DNA of 64,000 nucleotides from Lama glama (Eukaryota), in contig CM052817.1 in NCBI GenBank assembly GCA_028534125.1, positions 41,976,001 through 42,040,000 of the forward strand, in the 5' to 3' direction. Positions 38,242-51,883 of this stretch are shown here, piece by piece. Under the pieces are notes generated by a model. That model was given only the letters and a program-made list of their open reading frames with translations, was not told the origin of the DNA and ran no database searches. The translations under genes and the position numbers were made by a program. Every line of letters starts with the position of its first letter. Within the stretch, counting starts at the first letter, position 1.

Positions 38242-41059
38242 AAAAATTGGAATGTCATAAATGTATAAATTTTAAGTGATGTAGACAATCTCTAGGATAT
38301 CACTGACTTTTTTTTAAGTAATGAGTATATTCTGAAATGTTTTCAAAAGCATTTTGGACATTATGTTTAAATGCAATGTAATTGTTTAATTTAAGAGAAT
38401 AGAAAGAAAGGAGAGAAAAATCCTATACACTCCTAATACAGCAACAATATTAATAATAATAATACCATTTACTTAGGGCATCCTACAAGCCAGGCACTGT
38501 CCTAAGTGCCAACAACAGATTACATCTTTAACTAGCAGTTGTGCTAAAATTAACAACCACCAACACTTTGATATTATCTAATGTCTAAAAATTCATGAAA
38601 ATTCAAGTAGCCTAAGAACGAGAAATCCACATCACTTAAGACATTCTGATAAGGGACATAAATCTCAGTATTCTCTATTATCTAGAGAGTTCTATAAGTC
38701 CATCCTGAAAAAGGCATAATTATGGATAAACTGAACACAAGAAAAGGCTTGGAAAACTTCCAGCCACTTGCTATGTATGGAAAATATGTATTTGCTTTAG
38801 TATGATAATATTTATTAAAACTTTACTATGTGCCAGCCCTGTTCCGAATACATACTTCACCTTCATGGTTTCATTTAATCATGACTACAAATCCAGTTGT
38901 AAAGTAACACTAGTATAATTTATTCATAATATAGAGACAATGAATCTAAGTGGATTGGCCAAAGTCTTAAAGATGAAAATAGCGACACAACTTACTACTC
39001 TTGCTTCCCCACAAAGAGAAAGCAGATGTGGATCATGGTTTGAAGGACCACATGGAATTAACTATGAAAGTTGGTTTTTTGTGTCTATTTGGAAAAAATA
39101 CATGTCAAATTGTGAAAGGGAACATGGATCAGCACAAATAAAGGAGCAAAGGTGGGGTGGTGGGGAGCGGGCAAATTCCAAGAAGTAGAGGCAAGGAGAT
39201 TGGGCTCTGTGTGGGAAAAAACTGCACATTGATTTGACAGTTGTGAGGGACCCAGTAAGGAGAGTAGAGGAAAGGAAGCCGATCAGAGGAGGAAAATTGG
39301 TAGGAAGGCTTTAAGTGCTTGGCTGAAGAGTTTGTAAAGGTAGTACTCATGTCCTTGAATGAGAGAAGGTACAGGGAAAATGACTGGGTGATGATCATGT
39401 ACTACTGAACAAAATGTGTCTTTACTGTTAAAGCCTCCAGAGAGCTTATTTTTATTATCTTAGGTCTGAAGTCCTCCTCCGTCATGATTTCATCACTTTC
39501 AAGAAACTGTAAAGCACCTAGGGAATCTTTGGGTTCACTAAACTATAGCACTTTGATTACAAGGGCCTATGTTGTTCTGTTATGATCCATTGTGATTATG
39601 CCTTCTTAGTGGAAACTTCATTAAATCTGCCATTCGGTCAATGGCTCTTTGATGAAGTAACCTCTAAAACAATTAAAGTTAAACAATCATGAAATTCCAA
39701 CTCAAAACACCAGGGATGATTTTCAACAACTTAGTTTTTCTATGAATATTGAAAGAAAAAAAATGAAAATTTATAAACTCGGCCTTGTTTTTCACAGAAA
39801 GGCTTGAATGACAGTAAGCCTAATTCAACTGTATTTTTCTTAACTTTCAGTTTAAGTTCAAAAGCACTTTCAGACTTGTGCCTGAGAAACTGCATGAAAG
39901 GATGGCAACAAAGAAATTAATGAGCTCCAGCAAGTCTCTATTACCTATTGCATAGGCTTTGTTATGATGGGGAAATAGTTTGTTTTGGATAACATGCATT
40001 CCTACTTAAACTCCTGGATTTTTAAAGATTGAAACCTGAATTTAGCACCCAATCCCAGAAATTCCATCCTTTGCCAAAGGACCAGCAAGGATTATGTCTA
40101 TTCACAATACAACTCCAAAATGTAAGAGAAAAGAAGCACATGCTATGTAAGAATAACAAAGTATATACCACATTTAGCTTAGTTTACTGAGTTAAGAAAT
40201 GGCATAGTGTAAAAATAAGAGTCATCGGAATGTAGACAAAATCTAAACATCAGTATCTCTCTGAAATAAGCAGACGTTGGTATTATAGCTACCTGGTAGA
40301 AGTATGTAAAACAACTTCAGATTAAACTTTCTACTTTTCTATTTCCAAATATTCAGCAATACACCATGATATCTGGGAAAGTGAGTGGGAAACATATTTT
40401 TGGTATTTTGACACAGTAAGAAGAGGAATGCCTTATTACGTTAATGAGATGCTAAACATTAAGAACTTGAACTCTATTAAAATGGACTTAAGACACCACC
40501 ATATTGCAAAAAAGAAAAACATACAATCACTCCAGAAAGATAAGAGATTTGTGTCTGATGTTGCCCCATTGCTTGTGAAGTTTCTGTGGACTGCAGATGA
40601 GGACTACTGCTTAATCATCAGCCCAGGAGAACTCTTTTGTGCTTTGTAATAATGACCACACTGAACTTCTTTAAAATATTTCTTGTGTTGAGATCACTGG
40701 ACTTCCACACTGTCTCAGTTATTCTAAAGAGCAGGAGTTCTGGTTCCACAGCATCTCTGTCATGGAGACATGATGTGATCATGTGTCGTAACTCCAGAGT
40801 GTTCCCCTGGCCTACACCTGACAGTGTAAAGAGGGAAAGACCAAGTATCAGAGGGAACTGTTCCCAGGACAGGTGTCCGCACCTGGTAAATGTTTGAAGA
40901 CCACTGTGCTGTGGGATAGATGATGGACATAATAGCCACAGCCATTTGAAACAGAAAAAACTTGGGGTCTCAGTGACTCTATAAGTTACTTCTAACAATT
41001 TCACTGAAAATTCCCTCAACCTTTTTGCCAACCTGGAAATCAAGCTCCACCCTAAAACA

Positions 41060-41321
41060 TCACTTCCCTCACCCCTATAATGCCCTTTCCCCTTCCCTCT
41101 CCCTACTGGTAAGCACCAGCTTGTTCTCTATATCTGTGAGTTTGTTTCATTTTTGCTATATTCACTAGTTTGCTGTATTTTTTAGATCCCACATATAAGT
41201 GATAACATACAGTGTCTTTCTCTGTCTTACATTTCACTTAGCATAATACCCTCCAGGTCCATCCATGTTGTTGCAAATGGTAAAATTGTATTCTTTTATG
41301 GCTGAGTAATATTCCATTGTA

Positions 41322-41360
<39 letters not shown>

Positions 41361-41550
41361 CATGTCTTCTTTATCCATTCATCTGTTGATGGACACCCAG
41401 GTTGCTTCCATATCTTGTCAACTGTAAATAATGCTGCTACAAACATTTGGGTACATGTGTATTTTCAAATTAGCTTTTTTTTTCCCCCAGATATATACCC
41501 AGGAGTGGAATTGCTGGGTCATATGGTAGTTCTATTTTTGGTTTTAGAAA
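41060..41550 (-). mobile_element. L1 3' region with embedded (TG)n microsatellite (~41326-41358)
   Basis: TTTCACTTAGCATAATACCCTCCAGGTCCATCCATGTTGTTGCAAATGG. Confidence 0.88.
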
Positions 41551-44500
41551 GGTACTTTTTAATGCTAATGTAATAACACAATTCAAGGCAATTTTTTTAA
41601 AGCACTATACAAATTCAGAGCAGCTAAAATCATTTCTAACTCAGGGGATTCAAGGAAAATGTAAAGGATACCATGGCCTTTGCGGTAAATTTGAAGTATT
41701 GAGATAGGAATCTGGGGCTCTGAATAAATGTCCATGCAAATGACTCATGTGTGCTAAAGTTTGAAGGTGAAAAAACACAAGGTACGTTCAGTGATGTGTG
41801 AACAGGTAAATTGCATTATAGTGCAGGATATGTGTAACAAGAGAGAAAATGATATGGTATGATTTGTCAACTTAAGAAACTTTGGCTGTGTTCTTCAAGC
41901 AGAGGAGAGTCAAAGGAAGGGTTTGGAAAGAAGTAATCATCAGAGCAGTAGTTTAGAAGATTACTCTGACAGCGGTAAAAGACTAGAGGGGTAGCAGGAA
42001 TGTCTCTTAGATCCGGAAGAAATGAAGCAAGGGGAGTTTGAACTCGAGAATAGCTGTAGGAGAGATGGATTCAAGAAACCTTTGGAGAGGGATTTTAGAG
42101 AGGAGCAACTGATTTCAAGTTCAATGCATATTTTTTCGCCCTTAAATAAAATTCAGAAGATTTTCGTATTAAGAAGTACAACAATGTGGTTGGTTTTTTA
42201 ATGACACTTTGCTGGTACTTAATAAACTAATGAGGCACTGACTTAAAGGTTACGAAAAAAATCAAGTAAGATTTCCGGAGAAATTAAGAAGTGACATCTT
42301 TAAAACTCCAGAGACAAAGTGGAAACAGGCTGCTTCTCTGAGTACACTTAGCACCTCCAAAATGTGCACTGACCTCTATAGGATTCCTCAGAGGAGAAAC
42401 TTGATCTATTTTAAACCAACATCTTCTTTCCAGCCTCTGAGTACGATGTCAGAGCTCATCAGGTACTAAAGCATTTTTGTAGCCATAGTAATAATACAAC
42501 CCCAGTCACAACCAAGCCAACACAGAAAGGGGGAAAAAGATCACTAGACTTCACTTAACACTCTAGAAATAGCATTAAAAGAAGGGATGCCAATTCCACT
42601 AAGGGCTAATTCACTCGTTGAACTTGGCTCTGCTTCTCCAGGATATCAAACATTCTCTGACTACGGATAACTTAATCATGATAATTACAATAAAAGGTGT
42701 TTTGGTCCATCTTCCCCACTGACACTTATCAAATCAATAAACTTAATCACTCAGCAATAATGTAACAAAACCAGGATAGGCACTGTGCTAGGCCCTAAAA
42801 GTGCAACAAAAAATAAAGCCTGGTCCTTTATATATATTATAAGGATATTATAAGTTAGGCATGGGAGGCAGAGGGCCTTGACTAGTAGTTGGTTGAGTGA
42901 AGGAAAGGGAGGAGATGAACTAAGCAGATTTGGGAAACATGTTTGTAAATAAATGAAGAAAATACAACTTAATAGGAGCTGTGATAAAATTTTAAAGGAG
43001 CTATGATAAAAATATTTGCAGAGTGGGATATAGGTGAGAAAAACTGGATTTGTGTGTGAAGGACAGACTTAATAGAAAGAATGCAAGAATGTTTTAAGAA
43101 ATCAGAAAATAATTTTGTCTTCTCTAACAGAATGAGTTAGGGCTTGATGATCTGTGAGATCACATCTAGCTTCAAATTCTGTTATATTCCATTATAACAA
43201 ATATTTATTAAGTGTTTGGGTTTAACCTAAGGAAGTCTGAGAAGAGGGAGAAAGAAGAGAATCATTCCCCAACAGTGCGCTTTGCCCTAAGAAAACTCAT
43301 ATTGTACTAGATTATTTTATGCCCACAAATCTCAGCATGCTAGGCAAGACTATCATATTGTGTTAGTGTGTCGAAAAATGTGTATTTCTCACCTCCTCTG
43401 CTATTCAAAATTGTCTCTTTCCCTCTCCCTTCCTTTCCACCTCCCTCCACCACCACCACCCACCCAATACATCCACATCTACGCAGCAGTTTAATTTTTA
43501 AATATGAAAGCAGATAAGATAGATATTATTTTTAGGAAAATTCAGATAAAGCTAACCCTAGCCAAATGATCTGAACACCAAATACATTAACACCTTAGAA
43601 TATATTTATGAAGAAAAAAGAAGAAGCTTATATAAATAGAAGCTGTTACCATTCGACAAAATAATGTGGTTAACATTAGCCAAAGGCACACAAAAATGTT
43701 AATTTCAATAACCAAGAGTGAATATTTCTGGCAAATTCAGTGTTTCAGCAGTAAACACATTAAATAAACTTATTTTAATGAACATAGCACAAACATGTTA
43801 TTGTGTGACCATATTAAAGGACCCCCAGCTGCTGCCTTTTCTATCAGGACCTCATTAACGTGTTTATTTCTCAGATTCTTCTTACTTTTCTCCTAAACTT
43901 CTACTTTTCCATGTCCATTCAGAATATCTACTAACATATATAATTACTGGCCCACGTCTTCTTTTTCAAAATTGTTGCTATTCTCAGAATTTCAAATTTC
44001 TTTAGAAACTGTTTCCTCCTAGGGCACGTCAGTGTCAGTGTCTCTGATTTGCATTATAGGACATTGAAACAGAGGTGAGGGCAGTAACACAACTGAAATG
44101 GCTGTGAGTGAGTCTGTGATAAAATTTTATCACATAAAATGTGGCTCTGTCTGCATGCTTATCAATAACCGAATGCATTAATAATGATAACTTAGGTCTG
44201 TTTATGATACCTTGTGTAATGCACTATGCTTCCTAATTTTTTTCCCCTTTCCACTTACTATTTAGTATATGAGCCAGTTATTGGATTTTGAGGGTTTTTG
44301 TAACTGGCTGATAATAAAAATTGATTGCGAAGTACTCTGAGATCCTTTCACAATAACTGCTCTGGAGAGCAAAACAGTTTTCACTCCATGTTCTTTCATG
44401 TTTCCCAGTAGATCACATATTCCAGAAAGAGTGTACATGTAGTATAAATTTCTGAATTTTTTAAGAATGTAGTTTAGGAATATTCTCCCTCACTTTAATT

Positions 44501-47500
44501 AAAAATCTAATATTTGCCTTAAAATAGTACTGCAAGGGCAGCTATCAAGAAGATGTGACACTCGGCAATCATTCTGATTAACCGAAATCACTCAAAGTTT
44601 TCAAATAACTGTTAGTACACAGGACGGAAATCTAATTTTTAATTTAAAACACACTGAAAATACGCTAAGTAACTTAAAACTACTAATTTCTGGAAGTCTA
44701 TCCTGCGTAATTATTTAAAAGTGAAGAATTATATTTATGAAATACTTGCATACTTTCTATTAAAGGCCTATATAATTTATTTACCATTATAATATACATG
44801 ATTACATAACTAATTTGTTCCCCCACATGTTAATCAATCTTAATTAATAGAATTTTTAGGGTAATATAATTTTTATGTAGGTCTTTGGACACTAACAGAA
44901 AAAAGTAATCAAACCTTTTGTTGAGTCAAGAAAAAAACTACTCAAAAGACAATTTTCCTGAGAAGCGTACAATTAATAGATACAGTGCTGACCTGGGTTC
45001 TAGAAAATCAAGGTCCAGTTATATTTATTTATTTATTTGGGAACCATAGTCAAATCCTATAGCTCCTTTATATCTTTCTTTATTGAGAGACAGTGATAAT
45101 AAATTAGAGCTCCAAGTCATAAACAGTGAAAGTTAATTAAGAGAAATGAGCTACATAAAACAGAGGCCATGTTTTCTGCTTTTTATTTTAAATCATGAGC
45201 TCTTCAATCCATGGGCTCTCTACCTGAGACATCAGATGACAGCTGGCTTCTGATCACTGTTCAGGTGCTTGGTCCAGAACCAATTGCTCTAATTTATACA
45301 CCGTGTTCCAACCAGTTTCTGACCTTTCTATTACTAAGGAAATTTGTTATTCTTCCACTTACAATCTAACTTTGCCCTTCCACCCCATATTTTACCTGGC
45401 TTTCCCAATTATGAATGGCCATTGCTTCTGACCTGGAGATGGATTTTTCTTCAATGTTGTTTCATCTTTTCCTAAGGAGTGCATTTATTCCAGCATCCTG
45501 TGGGTGGCGCTCCTGCCTGGGTCTCCCCAGCCTGAAAGCTGGATCCAATGGTTGCTTCTCCTGCATCTGCCAACGTGCCTGGTAGGAACAGCTTTATCCA
45601 CAGGTGAAAGCCGTAACATGGTGTGGTTTGAAGGGCATCAAGCCTGCCAGCCAAAACTCCCCTGGCAGCCTACCTGAAATTCCAGCCAAGGATCATTAGT
45701 GTTGCTCCTTAAAATAACTTTGTTGTTTTGAATCTGAATCTTTCTTTCCCTGGCTCTTACCTTTTCCAATTGAAATAATTGTTTTCCTACATGATTATTA
45801 AGAACTCAAACTTTCTTATGATTTCAACAGTTGTGTTATAGCAAAACAGAGGGCGCTTGCTAAGCAAAGTTTTATGTTTCTTATAATCTGTTTATCTCCC
45901 TTTTATTCTACATTAGTATTTAGAAAGAAAAAAGTATTAAAAATAAGTTTGCCTCCTCACTAAGGACAAGAGATTGTACTCACACAAGAGGAGAGTGGCC
46001 CGGGGATGTTGGTAACAGAAGTGATGGAAACTGTAACCAGAATGAGAAAAATCCAAGCAAACGGACACATAGGGAACATTCCTCACCAGATGATTCTTCT
46101 TCCTAAAACCTAGGAAGTTCTGAGTTTTCCTTTCACTCTGGAGGTTCTTTTTCTTATAAATGCCTTCTGAGCAGAAGTAGATTTTTAACAAGATTAAGCC
46201 CTTTGTTGCCTGGAACAAAGGACACATTAATTAGTAATTGCATCATTAAAGATGCATTTAATTAATTCAGCTACTGACAGCAGCACAGCATTTCCCGGAA
46301 CAAATGGAGGCCTAGCCATGTTGATTTGGGGTGGGGAGGGGTGAGCAGTCAAAGGAGCAAGCCCAGTCCAGGTGAGCAGCCAGGGATCAACATGGGAGTA
46401 CAGTGTGATCGGGCTGTTGGCAGGAGATCACCAACATGACTGGGAGATGCGTAAATGAGGGGCAGAGGAGACCAAAGGGGACCAAAGAGCTTTTTTTTTC
46501 AGAGCTTTAAAAAATGTTTATTGAAAATCATAGCACACCTAAAGAAAAATACCCAGAATGATTTATATCAAAGTGAATACCCATATTAATTCCCCCAAGG
46601 ACAAGAAATATTTCCAGTACCCTCCCAAATCCTTTTTCTCCTTCTACTTGCTACTTCCTCTCTGCCTTACTAAAATGTTAGTTATTCTGATTTTTAGCAC
46701 CAATCACTCCTCCCTCAAAGCTTAACCTGGTTTAGAGTTAAATTGTGAAAATGTGTGCTCCTGGCAGAAGAGAGGGAATAACCATGGAAACATACACATA
46801 GGAGGATGTCTCAGAAAGAGTAGTTAATACTTAACTCCCAGCCCAGCCCAGTATTTCCATGGCCTGGAGCCCGTTCTCCCTTCTCTTTTCTTCCCTGATG
46901 TGCGTGCATATGGACACCCTAGCCGAAAGGTTTAATCTGGGTCCACACCTGGCCTGACCACCCCTCAAGCAGGGTCCCTTCACCTGCAGTGTGGCGGCCC
47001 TGTTAACAGGAAATTCTGGAATCCCAGTCCCCAAAGCTCATCTAAACAGGAAAGGATCCAGATCTGGGTGGACTTGTTCTTTTGGCTACTTAACTCTTCG
47101 TATTAGGAGGGACAGGGCAAGAAAAGGAGGATACATTTAAAAATACAGGGTCAGGGTTTCCGCTATCTCCTTCTCACCCTCCACCATGAGGAGGCAGATT
47201 GATTGTGAACAGGGCTGAAGCACCGAAGGGCAGTTTATAAAGTGGCCCATATCCCATAATGGGACTGCGACCAAGAACATTTGCCACCACAACTGGGCTA
47301 CAGCCTCATTGGTCCCCATGTACATTGATCATTTTTTTTCTTAAACAAGGAAAGAAAAACATGGACTAGTATCCAACAGTTTTTCAAGAGCAACAAAATA
47401 TCCTGTCATTCCTCTCTATTCAGACTGGAGGGAATTTCCAGCCACTTAAAATTGTGACACCACACTGAAAATTGCCCAGTGTCACATTTCCACTGCTGAT

Positions 47501-49209
47501 TTTCCTGTAAAGCTGTATGCACACACAATTTTCACGTAAGGTGACTTTCAAAACTTAGTTTAAGGCATGTACAGGACTTTATTAACACCACTTAGAAAAA
47601 AAGGGAACATCTCTATGAGTGAGAAAGCATTATATAAGTGTGCAAATATGAGTAAAATTTCTGATTTCTCCAGAAGAAAGGTCAAATATGTTAACCTTTG
47701 CTCTCTGGATCATAGAAGAAAAAATCAAGCTAACAGCTTAAAACTAATGTTTCATTTTACAGATGGGGAAACTGAATTCTTACAAGTTTAGACATCTAGA
47801 CCCAGCACTTTGCCCATGCATAGTATGTACTTATAAGTATTTGTTGGATGATGGAAATAATACCCAAAGCCAGAGATAGTGACAGAGCCAGCCTTAGAAA
47901 CCAGAAGGACTCCTGATTCCTGGTCAGTTGTTTTGGCATTACTCATCCTCACATTTTCCTGAGCCATAGTCAGCAGTGCAATAAGACATAATTGTAGTCA
48001 CGTAGGTGCAAAACCCAATAAGAAAAAGAATGCACTTCCAATCACAGAAATGCATCTTTGTATCCTTCTACTTAAAGGAAACCTAGTGCCAATCCTTTTA
48101 AAGGGTAAAACAAAATGTTGTTATATGTTGCTCCTTGGGCACAAGACCCTGGCAAAAAGGAAGCTATTCTTCTGCTCACATGGGGTTAGGAAAAGTGTTT
48201 TAACTTCTTTAGCCCAGATGCATCAAAAAAAAAAAAAAAACTGAAGTATATCCAAGTGTTCCTAAAACTCTTTCTTCTAAAGAATTACTAGACAAAAATC
48301 TGGCCTGCTCTAACTTCCTAGGTACCTTAGCAAATGGCCAGTGCTGATTTTATTTTATAGTATTGAATATTTTATCTAAATTCAATAGCTACTTGAGATG
48401 GAGAACTGAGAACTGGATTCAGTGAGTCTTCTATTAAGTCTATTGTTTTTAAAAAATACAACTACAGATCTACTGAAAATGTGGAATCATTCCCTACCAA
48501 ACCAATGTGCCAAATGCAATTCCATCTGTTTGATACTTTGACATTTTAGGTCTGGAAAAGCCCAGGCTGAAAGAAGGCAAAGAGCAGGGAAATTTTCTTT
48601 CAGAAGTGAAGCAGCTCACTTAGAACAGAGCTTTAGGAAAGCAGAATCCAAAACCACTGTGACTAATACATTTTTCAGATTTATTAAGTAGAAAGGCTCA
48701 GAGGCAGAAGAGAGGAACAAGGCAAAAAGAACTGGCGCCTGTGTCAGCTCCTCAGGATCCCATACGATGCTCTAAGATTATTCTCATAGCTGGGCAAGAA
48801 TGAGGAGTGGTAAATGTATAACTCACTGGCAAGACAATACTTTCTGAAAATAGTATTTTCTACTGAGTTATCAACAAAAAAGATGGATATAAGGGTTACA
48901 CCAACTGTTTCTCTGGATATGGTGCACCTGTTTAAAAAAGAAAAAAGCCTAAAGGATTTCTTCTCCTATTTCACATCCCTTGACCTTTTCAATCATTCAC
49001 TTCACAATGCTAATAAGCATCTGGGACATACCAACGTTTAAATGAATCTGTATTTTGGAAGTATATTGGATATTTCTTCATTCAGACAAAATAAGGTTCT
49101 CTTCAAAAATGTTTCCTTATGTTGCACAGGAATAACTGAAGAATCTATGTTGAAAGGGCTGGATACTTAATATTAAAAGTGTGTGATTGTTGCCTCAGAA
49201 ATCATGCTT

Positions 49210-50910
49210 TTTTTGGTCACAGCTTTATTGAAGTATAATTTACATACCAGACAATTTACAAATTTAGAGTGTACACCTCAGTGGTTTTTAGTGAATTCAA
49301 AGAGCTATGCAACAAATCACCAGAATTAGTTTTTATATTTTATCACTTCCCAGTGAAATCCTGTATCCTTTAGTCATCACTCCCATGCAGCCAACTGCCC
49401 ACCACCAGTCCTAGGCAACCACTAATTTAATTTCTGTCTCTGTAGATTTGCCTATTCTGAACAATTTATGTAAATGGAATCTCAAAAGTTATGATATTTG
49501 GTGATTGACTTCTTTCTCTTAGCATGGGGGTTCACCCATGTTATAGCATGTATGTCATACCTATTTTGGGCTGAATAATATTCCAGTTTGTGGTTATACC
49601 ACATTTTATTCATTCATCAGTGGTTGGACATTTGGGTTATTCCACCCTTTGGCTACTTTGAATAATGCTGCTATGAAAATAAGTGTACATATCTTTGTAT
49701 ATATGTGTTTTCATTTCTTTTGAATAATATACTGGAAGTAGAATTCATGGGTCATATAATAACTCCATGCTTAACTTTTTGAAGAACTGCCACGCTGGTT
49801 TCCAAAATGGCTGCACCATTTTACAGTTCCACCAGCATTGTATGAGGATTCCAATTTCTTCATATCCTCATCACTTGTTATCTGACTTTTTATGATAGCC
49901 ATCCTGGTGGCTTCACTCTTTTGATAGTGTTCTTTCAAGTACAAAAGCTGTATGTAAGTTTTGATAAAGTCCAGTTAATCACTTTCTTTTGTTGCTCATA
50001 AGCATACCTAAGAAATCACTGCTAAATCTAAGGTCATGAAGATTTATCCCTATGTTTTCTTTTAAGACTTTTATAGTTACAGATTTTCTGTTTTAAGTCT
50101 TTATTACACTTCAAGATAATTTTTATATGCAGTATGAGGTAGTAGTCCAACTTTTCTTTTCAAGGTGGATATCCAGTAGTCCCACAGACATTTGTTGAAA
50201 AGACTCTTTCCTCATTGAATGGTCGTGGCACCTTTTTTGAAAGTCAATTGACCATAGATATGTTGGAGTTTTTTCTACAGATCTATATGTCGATCTTCAT
50301 GCCAATACTATCTGTCTTAATTATTGTTCCTTTGTAGTAGTAAGCTTTGAAGTTGGAAAATTCAAGTCCTCTAAGTTTGTTCTTTTTCAAAGTTGCTTTG
50401 GCTATTTTGAGTACTTTGGATTTCTATAAGCATTTTAGGATCAGCATGTCAGTTTCTACAAAAAAGCCAGCTGGGATTCTGATAGGGATTGTATCGAATC
50501 TGTGGATCAGTTTGGGGAATATTGCCATCTTAACAATATTAAGTTTTTCAATCCATGAATACAGGATGCCTTTCCATTTATTTAGATCATTAGTTTCTTT
50601 CAACAATATTTTGTAGTTTTCAGAGTATGAATTTCACACCTTTTTGTTAAATTTATTCCTAAGCATTTTATTATTTTTGATGCTATTAAATGAGTGAAAT
50701 TGCTATTTGTTTTTGTATTGTTCATTACAAGAGTATAGAAATATATACTCTTATATGTACATACAATATGTAGATTTTTATATGTTTATCTTATATGACA
50801 CAACCCAACTGAATTTGTTCATTAGGTCTAATAATTTTTTAGTGGATTCCTTAGTTTTTCTGTATACAAGATCATGTCATTGGAAATAAAGATAGTTTTA
50901 CTTCTTACTA
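49210..50910 (-). mobile_element. L1 (L1MB-like) 3'UTR and ORF2 fragments
   Basis: Reversed 3' end CTTTATTGAAGTATAATTTACATAC. ORF 50424-50606 (DLNKWKGILYSWIEKLNIVKMAIFPKLI) is L1 ORF2. Confidence 0.9.
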
Positions 50911-51809
50911 ATGCTTTTTAAATAATAATTCACCACATTTTAGCCTTAAATGAAATCATTGAATGGACTATGTCCAGATGAGAATTTATACATGGATTTT
51001 TCATTTTTGTCCAATCGACTTTTCACTAATATATGATTATTGCTAATAAAGCATTACTTTTCTTCTCTTTTTGTTTTCTGTTTTTTAATATAAATTGCTT
51101 GAACAATTGTTTCTTCTGACCACTTTACTTCCCCACAGTAACACTGTTAACTTTCTGCAAAATTAACAATGTTGTTACCATTTATTCTAAAAGGATTATG
51201 TCATCTAACCAGTCACAGGGTCAGCAGTTTTTGATTTAATGAAATAAGACAAATTTCTTGAGAATGGAGTTTTATACAGCAATCAAAAGTACAGAAGAGT
51301 ACTGTCACCTCACTATAGCAGTAAGTTTGTAGTATTATAAATAAGACAATAGAACATCTGTCCACAAAAGGCTAATTAAAATTTTGATATATATTCCTCC
51401 CACACCACAAAACATAAATACCTGCCACTTATGGCTAATTTCCCCTCTACCTAGAAAACTGCTCCTGCAATCACTTTATAACACATTGAATAAAAAAGCT
51501 GCCAGCATTTGGCACAGACTGATAGCAAAGCAATAAAAATTAGTCAAGAATTATACAACTGATTCTGGGAACACCATGAGTCTTTCAACATGTCTCTCCG
51601 TCTCTGTCCAAAATCCATCTATCATCCACATATGGCTGTCTCATTAGGCTTAAGTTTCTGAGGCACTCATTAAGGAGCTCAGAGGATGGGTTAGTGTGTT
51701 ACCAAAGAGGAGACTGAGTTCAGGGGCAACCTCCTGACCCCAGGATGTAGCCTCCAGAACCAAGGAGCATTATAAGGAAGATGGCCATGCAGTTTCTCTG
51801 AGAAAATAG

Positions 51810-51883
51810 CTCTTTTAAGGAGTTTTATCTGGAAGTTAGTTTTATCTAGAATATCTCTTTTAAGGAGTTTTATCTGGAAGTTA
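51810..51883. repeat. Perfect 29-bp direct duplication with a 16-bp spacer
   Basis: CTCTTTTAAGGAGTTTTATCTGGAAGTTA at 51810-51838 and 51855-51883. Confidence 0.9.

Noticed and set aside
40428..41043. Overlapping ORFs up to 141 aa (also 18067-18489 and 57606-57963)
   Set aside because: No recognisable domain or splice structure. Consistent with chance ORFs.
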